Positions 13,201 through 26,400 of a stretch of DNA of 64,000 bases are shown piece after piece (within the stretch, counting starts at the first letter, position 1; each line of letters opens with the position of its first letter). The DNA lies in the NCBI RefSeq assembly GCF_022539665.2, contig NC_081331.1, positions 7,502,001-7,566,000 of the forward strand. The letters are read 5' to 3'. The notes beneath the pieces were generated by a model that was given only the letters and a program-made list of their open reading frames with translations, was not told where the DNA came from and searched no databases. The position numbers and the translations under genes are program-made. Source of the stretch: Daphnia carinata. Lineage: Eukaryota.

Positions 13201-16200
13201 ATAAGTGGGGCCCAAGGAATCATCGCAAATCCCGCAAAGGAATAATCTGCTGTGGCCTTAAAAATCGCTGTGTCGGGGCCGGTTCACCATGGCGGAAACA
13301 TGAGTCACGACTCGTCGATTCCTAGTCTTACTCAAGCACGAGGTATGCGGAAGAGAGAACACATCACGCTGTCGACCAGGATCGACGATTGTATCCGCCA
13401 ACATCATCAAGGCATTCGTCTCAGCGAAGGCCAGTTGAGCATCAGGCGCACTAAGCTTCGCACCGTGCAACTGTTTGATCGGACCATGGAGCTTCACGAC
13501 AAAAAGTTTAGACAGTTACCAATCTACCAGGTAAACACCGAGACGAGTGCGAACGCTGGGAAATACAGTTCGTGACAGATCACCAGAGTGTACCGTGAGA
13601 GATCGTCCAACACCTAGCATCGCGGTCAACTGTATCGTCACGTGCATCGTCAGTCACTATTAACTCGACGGTGACAAAGGCAAGTGTAAAGGACAATTCG
13701 ACTGTATCTGCAAAGATCCAACAGTTCGAAGCGTTCCTAAGCTAGTAACACCCTAAACGTTTTAAGCCGACACGGGGAGCTTTTGTCAGACGTCGTCAAC
13801 GACATTAAGAAGTCACCTGTGCAAGCCAGACGGTAGAGAAAATCCTTAAATGCGATCGAACACCATCTACAGTCGATCAATGAAATTAACGAAAAATCTT
13901 TGGCAGTTGTCGAAAAGATGGAAATTCGACTCAAGTCGGCGATTGGCCAAATAGTGGAAGAGAATGAGTCAAACGCGAAGAAAGTAGACTAGAGACCCGA
14001 AACCATCCAGAAGACCAGTAAATCGCAGTCGAAAGAGCTCGACAAGCTGAAAGGCGTTGTACAACATACTTGTGCATAACTGTTTAGACAATGCCCTGAG
14101 GGTGAAACAATACCATCCCAAGGTCGGCTGGACACATCGATACAAGGGATGTTGTCTCAGCGCTGCGAAGCTTTAGGATGGCCGCAAGGCAGCACCCCAT
14201 CCCTACCGCCACAGGCAGTCAGCCTCTTGTAGCGAGGCGGAGGAGCGGGGACAACGGGTGAACAAATATATAACATGGAGACAACTACCGAAATGTCCAA
14301 CGATCCATCGTTTGGCTGCCAGCAACAGCCCAGGAACGATCCGAAATCAGAGTCTATTCTCATCTTTCAACTTGTCGATTCCTTGAAAATGTCAGTACTT
14401 CCACCGCTCAGCATCACCAAGTTCGACAGTAACCCGTTAAACTACCAAATGTTCAAGTCGAAATTCATGCTGCTGTACCACAACCCGTGCAGCGACATGG
14501 AATCCGGTTAGTGCATTTGCAGGAGCTACTTGCTACACAGGTTCTCAACTCGGTAGCTGATTGTGTGCATGACCCGCGCAAATACGATGTAGTCTGTCAT
14601 CGGCTCGACCAAGAAAATGGCCGTGCTACTGTTATGGCTCAGACGCATCTCAACCATTTCCTTCGACTTCTGTCCGTGCAGCCGAACGACAGCGCCAGTT
14701 TGAAAATATTCTTCAACAGGCTTCATGGAGCCGTCTCTGCCCTGTCAACAACGGGACTCGCAGGCGAATTAGAGTCGCCAGGCAACCTGATGCACGCCGC
14801 CATCAAGCTGTCGAAGAACTTGAGAGAAAGATGGGGAGGAAAGGTGATGAAGATGCATCCCGTTGTGCCGTCAATTGTCGATCTGAACGGCTGGTTAACT
14901 CTCCAGTCAAAGGATTTTGCAGAATTAATGGCTGGCCCCTCAGCACTTCAAACGACTCCACCAGCCATTCCCAAGAAAAATGGGAAGGGATATCCAACTC
15001 CCCATGTTTCCACCATCAATCGCGTAACCACGTCAGCGTCTGAAACAAACTCGCTTCAAACAAAGGGAAGAAGTCTGCGGGTAAACCCACCCAATACAGC
15101 CTCGCTTAGTAAAACTACAGGCAAATCATGCAGCCCAATTTGCTTTGTTTGCAAGGATTCAATCCACGGAATTGAAGATTGCACCACCATAAGACAGATG
15201 TCTCCAACAAAAAGAGCGGAGACAGACTTCAAAGCGGGCCGGGGTCTCCTATGTCTTACAGGCAGACACACCAGTCGATTCTGCAGAATGAAATCGACTG
15301 GTCGAAGTATCCAGGGCACCAAACATTGCTTCATGGTTCCGAGTTCACCATAAAAAAAACAATGCAAGTAATTCCAGCGACCACACAACTGCACCAGCAA
15401 AAGAAGACATCATTGTCGACGAAGCCTTCTTTGGTGCAGCGTAACGCACAGGGTCCAACACACCACGTCGAGTACTTTTCAAAATTGTTCCCGTTCATCT
15501 ACAACAGGGAGAGAATTTCTTTGATTCCTTTGGATTTCTAGACAGCGGGAGTGACTCGACTTTAATCCGAAGTGATGTGGACAGAGCCAAACTAGGTTTA
15601 TTCGAGCCAACAACAAAGATCAATGTGACATCCTACGATGGGGGAGTTACTCCAGTCAACGCTCACATAATAGACTTCGTCATCCGTTCGCGAGACGGGT
15701 CGACATCATTCAAAGCACGAAGAGCTTATTCAGTAGATAACCTCCAAGTTGCTCAAAATCCGACATTTTCGGATTTACAAACAAAGGTATTTCCACATCT
15801 GCAAACCTGAAGCTACCGGATGTCCAATCCGACCAAGTGATGATTCTAATTGGCCTCGACGTAGCAGACGCCCACGACCCCAGCGAATCGCATAAACCGA
15901 TAGATGGGTCGACCAGGCCGTTAGCTTTCAATACGCCTTTCGGATGGTGCTTGGGAGGAAAAATGGGCCCGCAAGGCGAACTCGAGCAAACAAGTCCTTA
16001 TGTTGCTCATATCATTTCAAATGAAGGGGAAAGGAGCCTCGCCGAGCTCGTCGAACGGTTTTGGAGCCTGGAGGCAAAAGACTCTGTGCAAGTTCCCACA
16101 CCCATGTCGGAAGAAGATCGACGGGGAGAGGAAATTCTGAAAAGGACCACCAGATACATAAAGAATCACCATCAAACCTGGCCTGATGTGGAAGACCGAC

Positions 16201-18850
16201 AACCCAGAGTTACCGGACAACCGCAGTATGGCGCTAAGCCGCCTCTTCCAGATCGAAGGTGCTTCAAAAAAGACTCCAACTATGCCAAGTGGTACGATAA
16301 CGTAATCCAAGAATATATAAAACTTGGCCATGCTCGTCTCTTATCTACCAAAGAAGCAAAAGGACAAACATTAAAGACAAACTACATGCCTCATTACGGT
16401 GTTCAAAGCTCGTCAACTTCGACGGAAAAACAAGAGTGGTTTTCGACTGTTCGCGGAGTGCGAGGGTACCTCCTTAAATAAAAATCTTCTTCGTGGACCG
16501 AACTACCTTCTCAGTTTACTTGGTTGCTACTTGGGTTTTAACCTCACTAAATGGTCTTCGTCGACAAGAAAGGTTCTCACGGCCCTTAAACCATTAGGAC
16601 TAGCCCACCCAAAGCTGGACCTAGACTTGGACAAATTGCCTATAGATCGCGCCCTAGGGATCCTTTGGGACAGTGTAATCGATGCTTTTACTTTCAAAGT
16701 TTGAGAGAAAATATAGTCGTACGCTACACCTGCAAAGAGAAATCTTATAAGTTTGGTAGCCACTGTTTACGACGCTTGGATTCGTCGCTCCGGTGGTGTT
16801 CGCCATGAAAATATTGAAGCAAGAGTAGGCGAGCCAAATTAGATTGGGATGAAGAGCTACCCGAGCCATTGAAATTTCAATTCCTAAAATGGTGTCAAAG
16901 TTTGTCAGGCTTAGAACGCATCACAGTTCCTCTATGTCTCGTTAATTAAGATCATCCAATAACTCAACAGCTACAAGTTTTTGCCGACGCCAGTAAACTA
17001 GGGTTTGGAGCAGTCACGTAGGGGCGGAAGACATACGCCAGTGAAAGAGTCGACATATCTTTCATTATGGCCAAGACACCTATCGCACCGCTAAAACAAC
17101 TCTCGATCCCTCGGCTCGAACTTCAAGGAGCTGCCGAAGCTTTATATCTAGCCATAATAATCTGCCGTGCGATGAACCTGGATCTGATTCAAACCATGTT
17201 TCATGTCGGCTCCCAGACAGTTCTGAGATGGATCCAGTCTGCCAACGTCAAATATGAAATGTTTGTGGGCAACGGAATCGGAAAGGTATTAATGAACAGT
17301 ATTGTCTACAATGGCGCCACGTACCAGGAATCCAGAATCCAGCAGACGTCTGCAGCAGAGGATTGCATCCCAACAACCTCAAAGAACTCCAGCGTTTCCA
17401 TCAAAGGCCAGCCTTTCTATTATGGGAACCTCAACTATGGCCAACGTGGGATCAGATCGAACGAAACGACCATAAAGTCTCCACGTCTATACAACGAAGA
17501 CCGAACCCAGGGACAACGTGATCGACATGTGTGTGGAATATTATTCAAACAAAGTGTGCCCTGAACGAGTGCTTGCGTGGTGTTCTCGGTTCATCACCAA
17601 TTGTCGTGCGGAAGCAAAGAAACTAAGGTTGACTGCAAGAGAGCTGACGCCAGCTGAAAAGCAAATAGCTCTGGCAATATGCATTCGACGGGCACAAGAA
17701 GTGGAATACCCAGAAGATTTGTCGTTCGTTCAAAACTCAAGCAGTTTCGACCGTTTGTTGATAAACAACAACCAATGCGAGTGGGTGGTCGAATTGGTCA
17801 AGCACCGGTCGACTATGTGACAAGGCATCCAGTGATTCTTCCCCCAGAGGAACGCATCACAAATCTCTTCGTTTGGGATACTCACGTTCGAAATTACCAC
17901 ATTAAGGTCGACCGCTTGTTGTGTGAGCTTCGAACGATGTATTGATTGTATTTAACCAATGGACGTAGGGTTATTAATAATCTACTAAACAAGTGTATTC
18001 CCTGCAAGCGAAAACTCACAACCAATAAGGCCACGCATGGCACCATTACCGGTTCATCGCATAACGCCATTCTTGCCCCCATTTGCTCATAAAGGAATCG
18101 ACTACTTTGGTCCATTGACTGTCAAAGTAGGGGGGAGAGGGCAACGACACGAAGAAAGATGGATCTGCCTGTTTACGTGCCTTACAACACGAGCAGTAAA
18201 TATAGAAGTAACGGCCAGCCTCAGCGCAGAGGCATTTCTCATGGCCTTTTGCTGATTTTCTAGCACAGGCGGAAAGCCAGTCGTTGATAGCATAAATCCA
18301 GAAGATCCCGAACCTCTTACTCCAAACCGCTTCCTAAACGCCAGACCAATGCCGTATGTTCCGCTGGCATTCGTCGACCTCGATAATGTAAATATCTCAA
18401 AACACCGGTTCGCACAAAGCCAGCTAATTTTCAACCACTACTGGAAGAGAGTGTTTGCTGTATCTTACAGAACGGAAAAAATTGTCTAAGCATCACAGAA
18501 ACATCGAAGTGAATGATCTTGTACTCGTAGTCGACCCATTAACTCCTCGAGGTAAGTGGCCATTAAGTAAAGTAGTCGAAAGGAGCCAGACACCCACACT
18601 GCCAAGTCTGCCCAACCACCAGAGAGGGAAGACCATCCAATGACCTCAGTTGACAGTATACACGAGACCCTGTCTAGGACCGCCCTCCAGTGAACCCATC
18701 GACAAGGTCACCCTTTCGGACATCGTCAAACGTAGTGTGCAACACTGCCTTAAAATCAGGAGAAAATTGCCAACCATCAGCCACATTCGTCTTTCTCAGT
18801 GTCTCGCAATTGGGCCTTTAAACAACGAAACTTTGTCGAACTGGTAAGTG
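13201..18850 (+). pseudogene. BEL-A1 gag-pol pseudogene
   Basis: Many stops and frameshifts. Colinear with BEL-A2 but lacks most of RT (junction LLSLLG/CYLGFNLTKWSS near 16525) and part of the integrase core (near 18285). Confidence 0.9.
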
Positions 18851-18907
18851 CTAGTGTCCATCCCTTTCTGTGAACATCAACAAATATTGTGTCCGTAGTC
18901 TTAACCT

Positions 18908-19543
18908 ATGAAGATGGAAGAAATCAACGATCGTCGTCGAAAGAAACTCTTGGTCGAACGGAAAAGTGTAGTGGAAAATTTTGATCGCGAAGAAAAGAAA
19001 GCTTGGGTATTGCTCAATCAACGTCCTTTAGATGCCAGTGAAGTGAAAGATACGATCGTAGCCTTTAATTTCAGTCGAGATCAAATGAAGGGAACTCTAT
19101 GAAGGAAAATCATGGCGATCGGCCCACCACGTCATTCCCTAAGGCTAGTTAAGTCACACGATAACTCTTGCCAACGCGTAAAGGAGGGGCAGCAGGCGAC
19201 AGTCGATTCTTTTTCCATTTCCCCGGTATCCCCGTCAGCTTTGGTTAGCCCACGTTTTACTCCGTCGGTGCCGTATTTCGTGGACAACATCGAAAATCTA
19301 CCTCCACACACCCTAGACCGGTGTCGAGTTTTCCTGGAAATATTGACAGCCTCCGAGCGGGCAAAGCTGATCATCCAACGTTCCCTATGCTTTCGCTGTT
19401 GGGAGAAGGGCTCCTTTACCAAAGACGTGAGGCACGAAGGAGCCAGCTGCGCTCACCCTCGATACTGTTTTCGCTGCAACAGCGCAAGCCAACACGAACA
19501 TCTTTGCCGGGGTGGCTTCGTCACTCGACAGAGCAACCAATAA
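18908..19543 (+). pseudogene. BEL-A1 extra 3' ORF (helical N-terminus + Pro-rich linker + Cys/His knuckles), one in-frame stop
   Basis: ORFs 18908-19102 and 19112-19543 are in the same frame. The C-terminus reads CRVF...SLCFRCW...H...C.HPRYCFRC...QHEHLC. A homolog is present in BEL-A2. Confidence 0.8.
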
Positions 19544-19684
19544 TGTGACATATGTTGCGCGTTTTTTGGTTTCTTTCTTGGTCGACATCTCCATCGTTCA
19601 TTTTGTGAATCAGAAATTCCCTTTCTCCCTGCTATGTCTCCTTATAATTGAGCGTTGCTCGTTAAGTACCAAACAAGGGCCCGC

Positions 19685-20038
19685 TGTCACGGATTTGATC
19701 GGTAGGGGTAAGATCCGCTGGGAAACCAGAGGGCTCCCTTATCAGTCACTAAAAGTGGTGGCGGGTCTGGGTAGTCTAATATTTTCTTTTTTGTGTTTTC
19801 TTGTTCGAGTGGTCGTCGATCCACACTCAGATAGCATGCAAAACTCAACGCAGATAGTTGCCAAACCCCCTTCAGAAAGTGTGAGCTAAAGAGCAACGGA
19901 AGTGTGTCCCTTCTTCAGGTAATACAGTCAATTCAAAATCGCGTCTTCTATAGTTTCATTATTTTGATAAGTTGGGAACCAGGGCTCTCAAGACTGTCGG
20001 TCTTAAAAGCCATTATCGATCTTTCGAGATCTGTAACA
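19685..20038 (+). repeat. BEL-A1 3' LTR
   Basis: Direct repeat of 12683-13034, preceded by AAACAAGGGCCCGC at the PPT position. Confidence 0.95.
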
Positions 20039-22901
20039 TGGTGTACTCACTAACATCGTAGCAAGATCCAGCTGACAAGAGAAAGATATTCTGGCTCGCA
20101 ATTATCCGCTTGCAACAATTGAAACTCAACAACAATGAATACTAGTCGACTGCAACACAGCACATGAAATGTGGATGCGTTTATCAGCTAAACACCTAAG
20201 AAACACAGTTGAAAATCAGCACGTGTTGCAGCAGAGGTTCTTTGAAAATCGTTTTCAACCTGAACATGACATCATGTCTCGCATCACTGAAATTGAAACG
20301 GTGGCATCTAACTACACGATGTTGACGCCCCTGTTACTGAAATGCAGATAATGACAAATATTATCTGCACGTTACTACCGAGCTATAGGTGCTTCACTAC
20401 AGCATGGGATAGTGTTCCCGCATCAAAAAGGATAATGTTCAAACGGACTTCTCGTTTTCTCAAGGAAGAAACGATGGCAAAGCGCTGGAGTAAAGGTCAG
20501 CCGGATGCCAACGATGTAGCCTTCTTCGCCTACAACTTTCCATCCCATAAGAATCCAAACAGCCACGTCTCTACATCGACGCACCATGGTCGGGGATTAA
20601 GAAGAGGTGGTCGATCCAACCACAGGCAGCAACCACACACGTTTTGCAGATATCATTGTTGCAACGTTCCCCAGCACCCTATAGAAGTGTGCCGCAAAAG
20701 ACTTGATGAACGAAAAGACGAGATGAAGAATACGCCAAAAACCTAAAGCCTACTGATGGCATAGATTTCTCCAGGATGGGCTGGGCCAATCCCTTTGATG
20801 TGCGATAATAGGTCAACTATTGATCTAATTTAGAATCCAATATTACATCAACGGACCAAGCTCATAGAAGTCCGAAACTATTTTGTTCGGGATCGTCAAG
20901 AGGCTGGTGACATCAAAGATAAGCAAATTTCAACAGAAGATCAACTAGCAGATCCTTTTAGAGCTGAGCTCAACGCTTTTTTTCTGTGACAGCTAACACA
21001 GTTTGCTGTAAAAGCAGCCGCATTTCTGTCTGCTTTTACGCAATGAGTTCAGTGCCTCGAGTGGAAAGAAAATAAACTATTCCCTAGAAATGCTCTTTCC
21101 TAATATACTTAATATGAAGTTATAGTACTAAAGAGGGATATAGTTTAATGAACATCCTATCGATTAACGTAAATTCGTGGTCTAGAAAACACGTCCTTGT
21201 ATTTTAAAATTTTTTTCAAAAACTAATGTAGTGTCATTAGGCATTCTACAAGCTTAGCGTGGTTTTCTGCTAATGCATGATTAGCATGCTAGTCAAAAAG
21301 TCTTATAGATAAAAAAAAAAAAATATGGCTGGATAGTCCATTATTCACTTCAGTTCCAGTATTTCAGTTCAACACCAGGAGAAAATTTTAATTTTTTTGT
21401 CATCATTTTTACTGGTCCTTTTTTGCGTTTGTGCAAGACAACCTACCGCCATAAGACGCCATGTAAAATAGCCCCAAAAACCCTTAGCGTTCGGATAATA
21501 AGTGAGGGTACTGTATATTTGATGCTGTTTGGATCTGGTTCATGAAACACGTAGTGCGTGTTTCCGTTGAAGGGCGAGGATTGCCTTCTCCGGTTGAAGA
21601 TCCTGTCTGCGAGGAACACACTCCAATTTCCATCCAGCACGAATGTGCTGTAGATGCTTCTCCGGTCCAAGGAGTTCTCGGTGCAGCCGAAAATGTTCCT
21701 GTTCGTGCAAGTCGGTTGAGGAAACCACACAAAGCATTGTGGAATGTCTCCTACTACTTTAGACTGGCGAGAAGAGCGAAGAAGAGGGAATAAGGCCGGC
21801 CATGGAACAACAATCATCCAGCAAGGTCGGTTTGATCTCTGAACCCGTTGTTACTGCCACTGAGGAGGATGCCCCGATCCAGGCGGATTCAGAATCTGTC
21901 CCTATCAAATCGGCTGATGTTTCCGCCGAAGCATACCCCTGTTTCTGCCAACAGGAGCTTCCTGTTGCTTGCTGCTTGTGTTTATTCCATTTTAAAGTAG
22001 AATATAAAGTGAAGAGAGGAAAAGAATGTCTTTAAAATATCCGGGTAATATGGACATGCTACTGACCATAGGGAGATATCGGAAATAATTTTAAAATGTT
22101 CGATGTTTTGTCTTGCTGGCGACCTTATGCTGCTCCTCCTGGTCTCTCCGCAGACCTTTCCTAGGTGTGTTCCACAGCTATGGTTTGCAGTTGTAGAGAA
22201 ATGGATGACGTTTTGCTAGATCCAAATCCAGTATCAGCTTTAAGGTATGCACTACGCTCCTCTCATTTTCGACGAAGAGGCTGCTCGTTGAATTTTGTAG
22301 TCAGAGCGGCCGTTTTTCTTCAAAATGTCGTTTATGGTGGCATCTTTCCAGGTCCCATGAGTCAATATTTTCGGATTCCATGGACAGCGGTGTCTGGCAG
22401 ACTACTTGGAGTGTTTCCACATGGGGTTGAGCCCAGCCGAGCTCGTAGATGACGATCATCGGCGTCGCCACCCTATGTCCTTGGACATCACGATTTGCCC
22501 ATTCGTCCGCGGCCTGTTGGTCGTAGCTGAGGTTGGATGTAGCGCCCAAGTTAGCGTAAGATACTATTTTCGCCTTGCTGAGACCTTGCTGAGAGTTGTT
22601 GTGTGTGAGGAGCTTAACTCAACGAGCGTGAAAAATGTCGTGACTTCTATTTGAACTCGTATCACTGTTATAGATGGCGTGCCTTATAATGGATCGCGAG
22701 GAGTGCTTCTCTTTTATTAGTAACATACGTTTAGGTTATTAGACCTACATCTCTGTATCGAATTGGTTTTCTTCGATTTCTTTACGTGCGTCCAGTAGCA
22801 TTTTTCGGTGGCAATTCTGCTGACAGACTATCATGTAAACCCATCACACCCATTATTATTGAGTATGAAGTCGGTTTCGGGAATTGGTGTTTGTTGACCC
22901 T

Positions 22902-23264
22902 TGTCACCGATTTGATCGGTAGAGGCAAACCCCCTAGAGGGCCCCCCTACATGTTCGACCTTCTTTTGTTTCTTTCTTGTTTTCTTGGAGACACACTTGG
23001 TCCGACCTAGTTAATACCTTTTGAGTACTCGTTAAGTTGTCAAGTCAGTCTCAATTTGTGTACTTTTGAGTCTTCTTTCTGTTCCCTTTTTGAGTCGACA
23101 TTCACGTCAAAATCCCCCCTTGTATAACGAAGTATTCCTTGGTTTTTTGTTAATAAAGAATTACAAACCTTCGTTAATTTCTTAACAGTACCAGACAGGG
23201 AATTAAGGGCTTAAAGACTGACACTTTTTAAAGCTATTGCCATTCTCTCTCGAGATACGCAACA
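22902..23264 (+). repeat. BEL-A2 5' LTR
   Basis: Direct repeat of 30753-31116; TGTCAC...GCAACA; contains AATAAA. Confidence 0.97.
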
Positions 23265-23266
23265 AA

Positions 23267-23284
23267 TGGTGCCGAAACCCGGGA
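23267..23284 (+). promoter_or_regulatory. Primer-binding site complementary to the tRNA-Phe 3' end
   Basis: TGGTGCCGAAACCCGGGA two bases after the LTR. Variants occur at 13037-13054, 33773-33790 and 52575-52592. Confidence 0.9.
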
Positions 23285-23463
23285 CTCTGGAAATCGAATA
23301 GTGTAAATCTCCATTTCCAGCTGTCCAACTTTGTACTGTAGCGACCTCGTGTTGTTCAAGTTCCGTGTCCACGCTGGTCGACCAACCTTTCGAACTGTAT
23401 CCGTTTATATCGTCTACATCCTGTGTCTGTTAAGCATTTGTGCTACTCTACTTCAATTGCAAG

Positions 23464-26400
23464 ATGAGTGAGACCCAAGGAATTGCCACGAATCCCACCA
23501 AGGAAGAACCTATAACGGCCGTAAAAACCGCTGAGTCGGGGCCGGTTCATCATGGAGGAAGTATAGGAGTCATCTCAAAACCCACTAAGGAAGAATCTGA
23601 AAAGGCCTTAAAAATCGCTGAGCCGGGGCCAGATCGCCATGGTGGAAATATGAGTCACGACTTGTCAATTCCCAGTCTTACGCAATCACGAGGTTTACGG
23701 AAGAGGGAGCATACCACGCTGTCGACCAGGATCCACGACTGTATCCGTCAACATTGTCAAGGCATTCGCCTCAGCAAGGCCTTGAGCATCTGGCGCACTG
23801 AACTCGTACGCCTGTTCGATAGCACCATGGAGCGTCACGAAAAATATGTGGAGACAGTTACCAATCTACCAGGTAAACGCCGAGCCGAATGTGAACGCTG
23901 GGAAGTACAGTTCACGACAGACCACCAGAGTGTACTGTCAGAAATCAACCAACATCTAGCATCGCGGTCGACTGTATAATCACTTGCATCGTCAGTCACT
24001 ATCAACTCAACAGTGACAAAAGCAAGTATAAAAAAGCATTCGACTGTATCTGTAAAGATCCACCAGCTCGAAACCCAAGCTCGTCACACTCAAAACGTCC
24101 TAAACCGACATGGGGAGCTTTTGTCAGACATTGTAAATGACATCAAGAAGTCATCTGTGCAAGCCAGATGGCAGAGTGAATCGTTACACGCGATCGAACA
24201 AATTCTACAATCGATCCATGAGGTTAACGAAAATCTTTAGCAACTGTGGAAAAGAAGATGGACATTCGATTCAAGTCTGAGATAGGCCAAATGGTGGAAG
24301 AGAACGAGTCCAGTTCAAAGAAAGTCGAAGAGAAACTAGAAGCTATTCAGAAAAATAGTGAGTCGCAGTCCAAAGAACTTGAAAGGTTAAAATGCCTTGT
24401 ACAACAGACGTGCACAAAATTGTCTAGACAGTGCCCCGAGGGGAAACGTATCATCCCAAGGTCGGCTGGACACGTCGATACAAGGCATGTTGTCTCAGCG
24501 CCGCGAAGCTTTAGGATGGCCGCAAGGCATTACCCCATCCTCACCACCACGGGCAGTCAACCTGTTGGAGCAATGCAGAAGAGTCGGGACAACGGGCGAG
24601 CAAATAGACAGCATAGGAACAACTATCGATATGTCCAACGATCCATCGTTTAGCACCCAGCAACAGTCAAAGAGCGACCCAAAATCTGATTCTAGTCTCA
24701 TCTGCCAACTTGTTGATTCTTTAAAAATGCCAGCACTTCCACCTCTCACCATCACCAAGTTAGACGGGAACCCGTTGAACTACCAAATGTTCAAGTCGAA
24801 GTTTATGACGCTGTACCACAACCGGTGCAGCGACAATGGAATTCGACTAGCGCATCTGCAGGAGTTGCTTGCTACGCATGTTCTCAACTCGGTAGCTGAT
24901 TGTGTGCACGACCTAAGCAAGTACGAAGTGGTCTGGCATCGACTCGATCAAGAATATGGCCACACCACTATCATGGCTCAAACACATCTGAATAATCTCC
25001 TTCGACTTCCGTCTGTGCAGCCGAACGACAGTGCCAGTTTGAAGACATTTTCCAACAAGCTTCATGGAGCAGTCTCCGCCCTGTCAAACACTGGACTTGC
25101 GAGCGAGCTGGAATCGCTGGGCAACCTCATGCACGTCGTCACCAAACTGCCGAAGACCTTGAGGGAAAGATGGGGAGGAAAGGTGATGAAGATGCATCCT
25201 GCTGTACCTTCAATTGTCGATCTGGACGACTGGTTAACCCTCCAGTCGAAGGGTTCAGATTTCGCAAAATTAATGGCGGGGCCGTCAACATTTACAACGA
25301 TTCCACCAGTCGTGCCCAAGAAGAATGGGAAAGGGTAATCAACACACTATGTTTCGACCAACAATCACGTCACCACCTCAACGTCTGAAACAAACTTGCT
25401 GCAAACAAAAGGGGGAGGTTTGCGGGTGAACCTACCCAATACAACCTCGTTTAGCCAAACAAGAGGCAGCCCAACATGCTTTGTTTGCAAAGAGTCAATC
25501 CACAGAATTGGAGAGTGTAACACTTTCAAGCAGATGTCTCCAACGCAAAGAGCGGAGACAGTCTTCAAAGCAGGCAGGTGTCTCCGATGCCTTACGGGAA
25601 AATACATAAGTCGACTCTGCAGACAGAAATCGATTCGATGTACGGTCGAAGGATGCAAGTATCCGGAGAACTCGACGTTACTTCATGGTTCCGAGTTTTC
25701 GACAAGAACCAATGCAAGCATCTCCAGTGACTACAAGACTACATCAGAATCGAAACCACCGCGTCGAGTAACTTTCGACAACAAAGTCGACGAAGCCTTC
25801 CTTGGTGCCGTATCACGCACTGGGTTAAACACACCACGCCAAGTGCTTTTCAAAATTGTTCCTGTTCGTCTACAACAGGGAGAGAAGGTCTTCGATACCT
25901 TTGGATTTTTAGACAGCGGAAGCGACTCCACCTTAATCCGAAGTGATGTGGCCAGAACTCAACTAGGTTTATCAGGGCCAACAACGAAGATCAACGTGAC
26001 CTCTTACGACGGGGGGGGGTACTCCAGTCAATGCTCACATCGTGGACTTCGTCATCAGTTCGCGAGACGGGTCGACGTCGTTCCAAGCAAGAAGGGCGTA
26101 TGCAGTAGATAATCTACAAGTTGCTCAAAATCCAACCTTCTCGAGCGTACAAGCTAAGGCATTCCCACACCTGCAAGGCCTGAAACTCCCGGAAGTCCAA
26201 TCCGACCAAGTAACGGTTCTAATTGGTCTCGATGTAGCAGACGCTCACGACCACAGTGAACCGTGTAAACCAATGGATGGGTCGACTGGACCGGTGGCTT
26301 TCAACACGCCGTTTGAATGGTGCCTGGGAGGCAAACTGGGCCCGCAAAGCGAACATGAGCAAACAAGCCATTATGTAGCTCACATCGCATCGAAGGAAGG

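Larger units (their letters stand above)
12683..20038 (+). mobile_element. BEL/Pao LTR retrotransposon, family A copy 1 (old, degraded)
   Basis: Two ~350-bp LTRs (TGTCAC...GTAACA) and a near-TSD TCGTG/TGGTG. PBS TGGTATCGAAACCCGGGA. Gag, protease (FLDSGSDST), partial RT, RNase H/A17 region and integrase (GIDYFGP, WICLFTCLTTRAV) occur in Pao order. Confidence 0.95.
12100..20960 (+). mobile_element. Ty1/Copia retrotransposon remnant (internally deleted, 3'-truncated), interrupted by BEL-A1
   Basis: 5' LTR, PBS and gag start (MSTLR*VIHIAKLYGQNFS) lie before 12683. Gag resumes at 20039 (MWMRLSAKH..QQRFF; LPSYRCFTTAWDSVP; knuckle-like C/H). A Copia RNase H end (CDNRSTIDLI*NPILHQRTKLIEVRNYFVR...TEDQLAD) lies at ~20790-20960. 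No 3' LTR seen. Confidence 0.85.

Noticed and set aside
23267..23284. tRNA-like sequence
   Set aside because: Only an 18-nt complement of a tRNA-Phe 3' end next to an LTR, so it is a PBS and not a tRNA gene.
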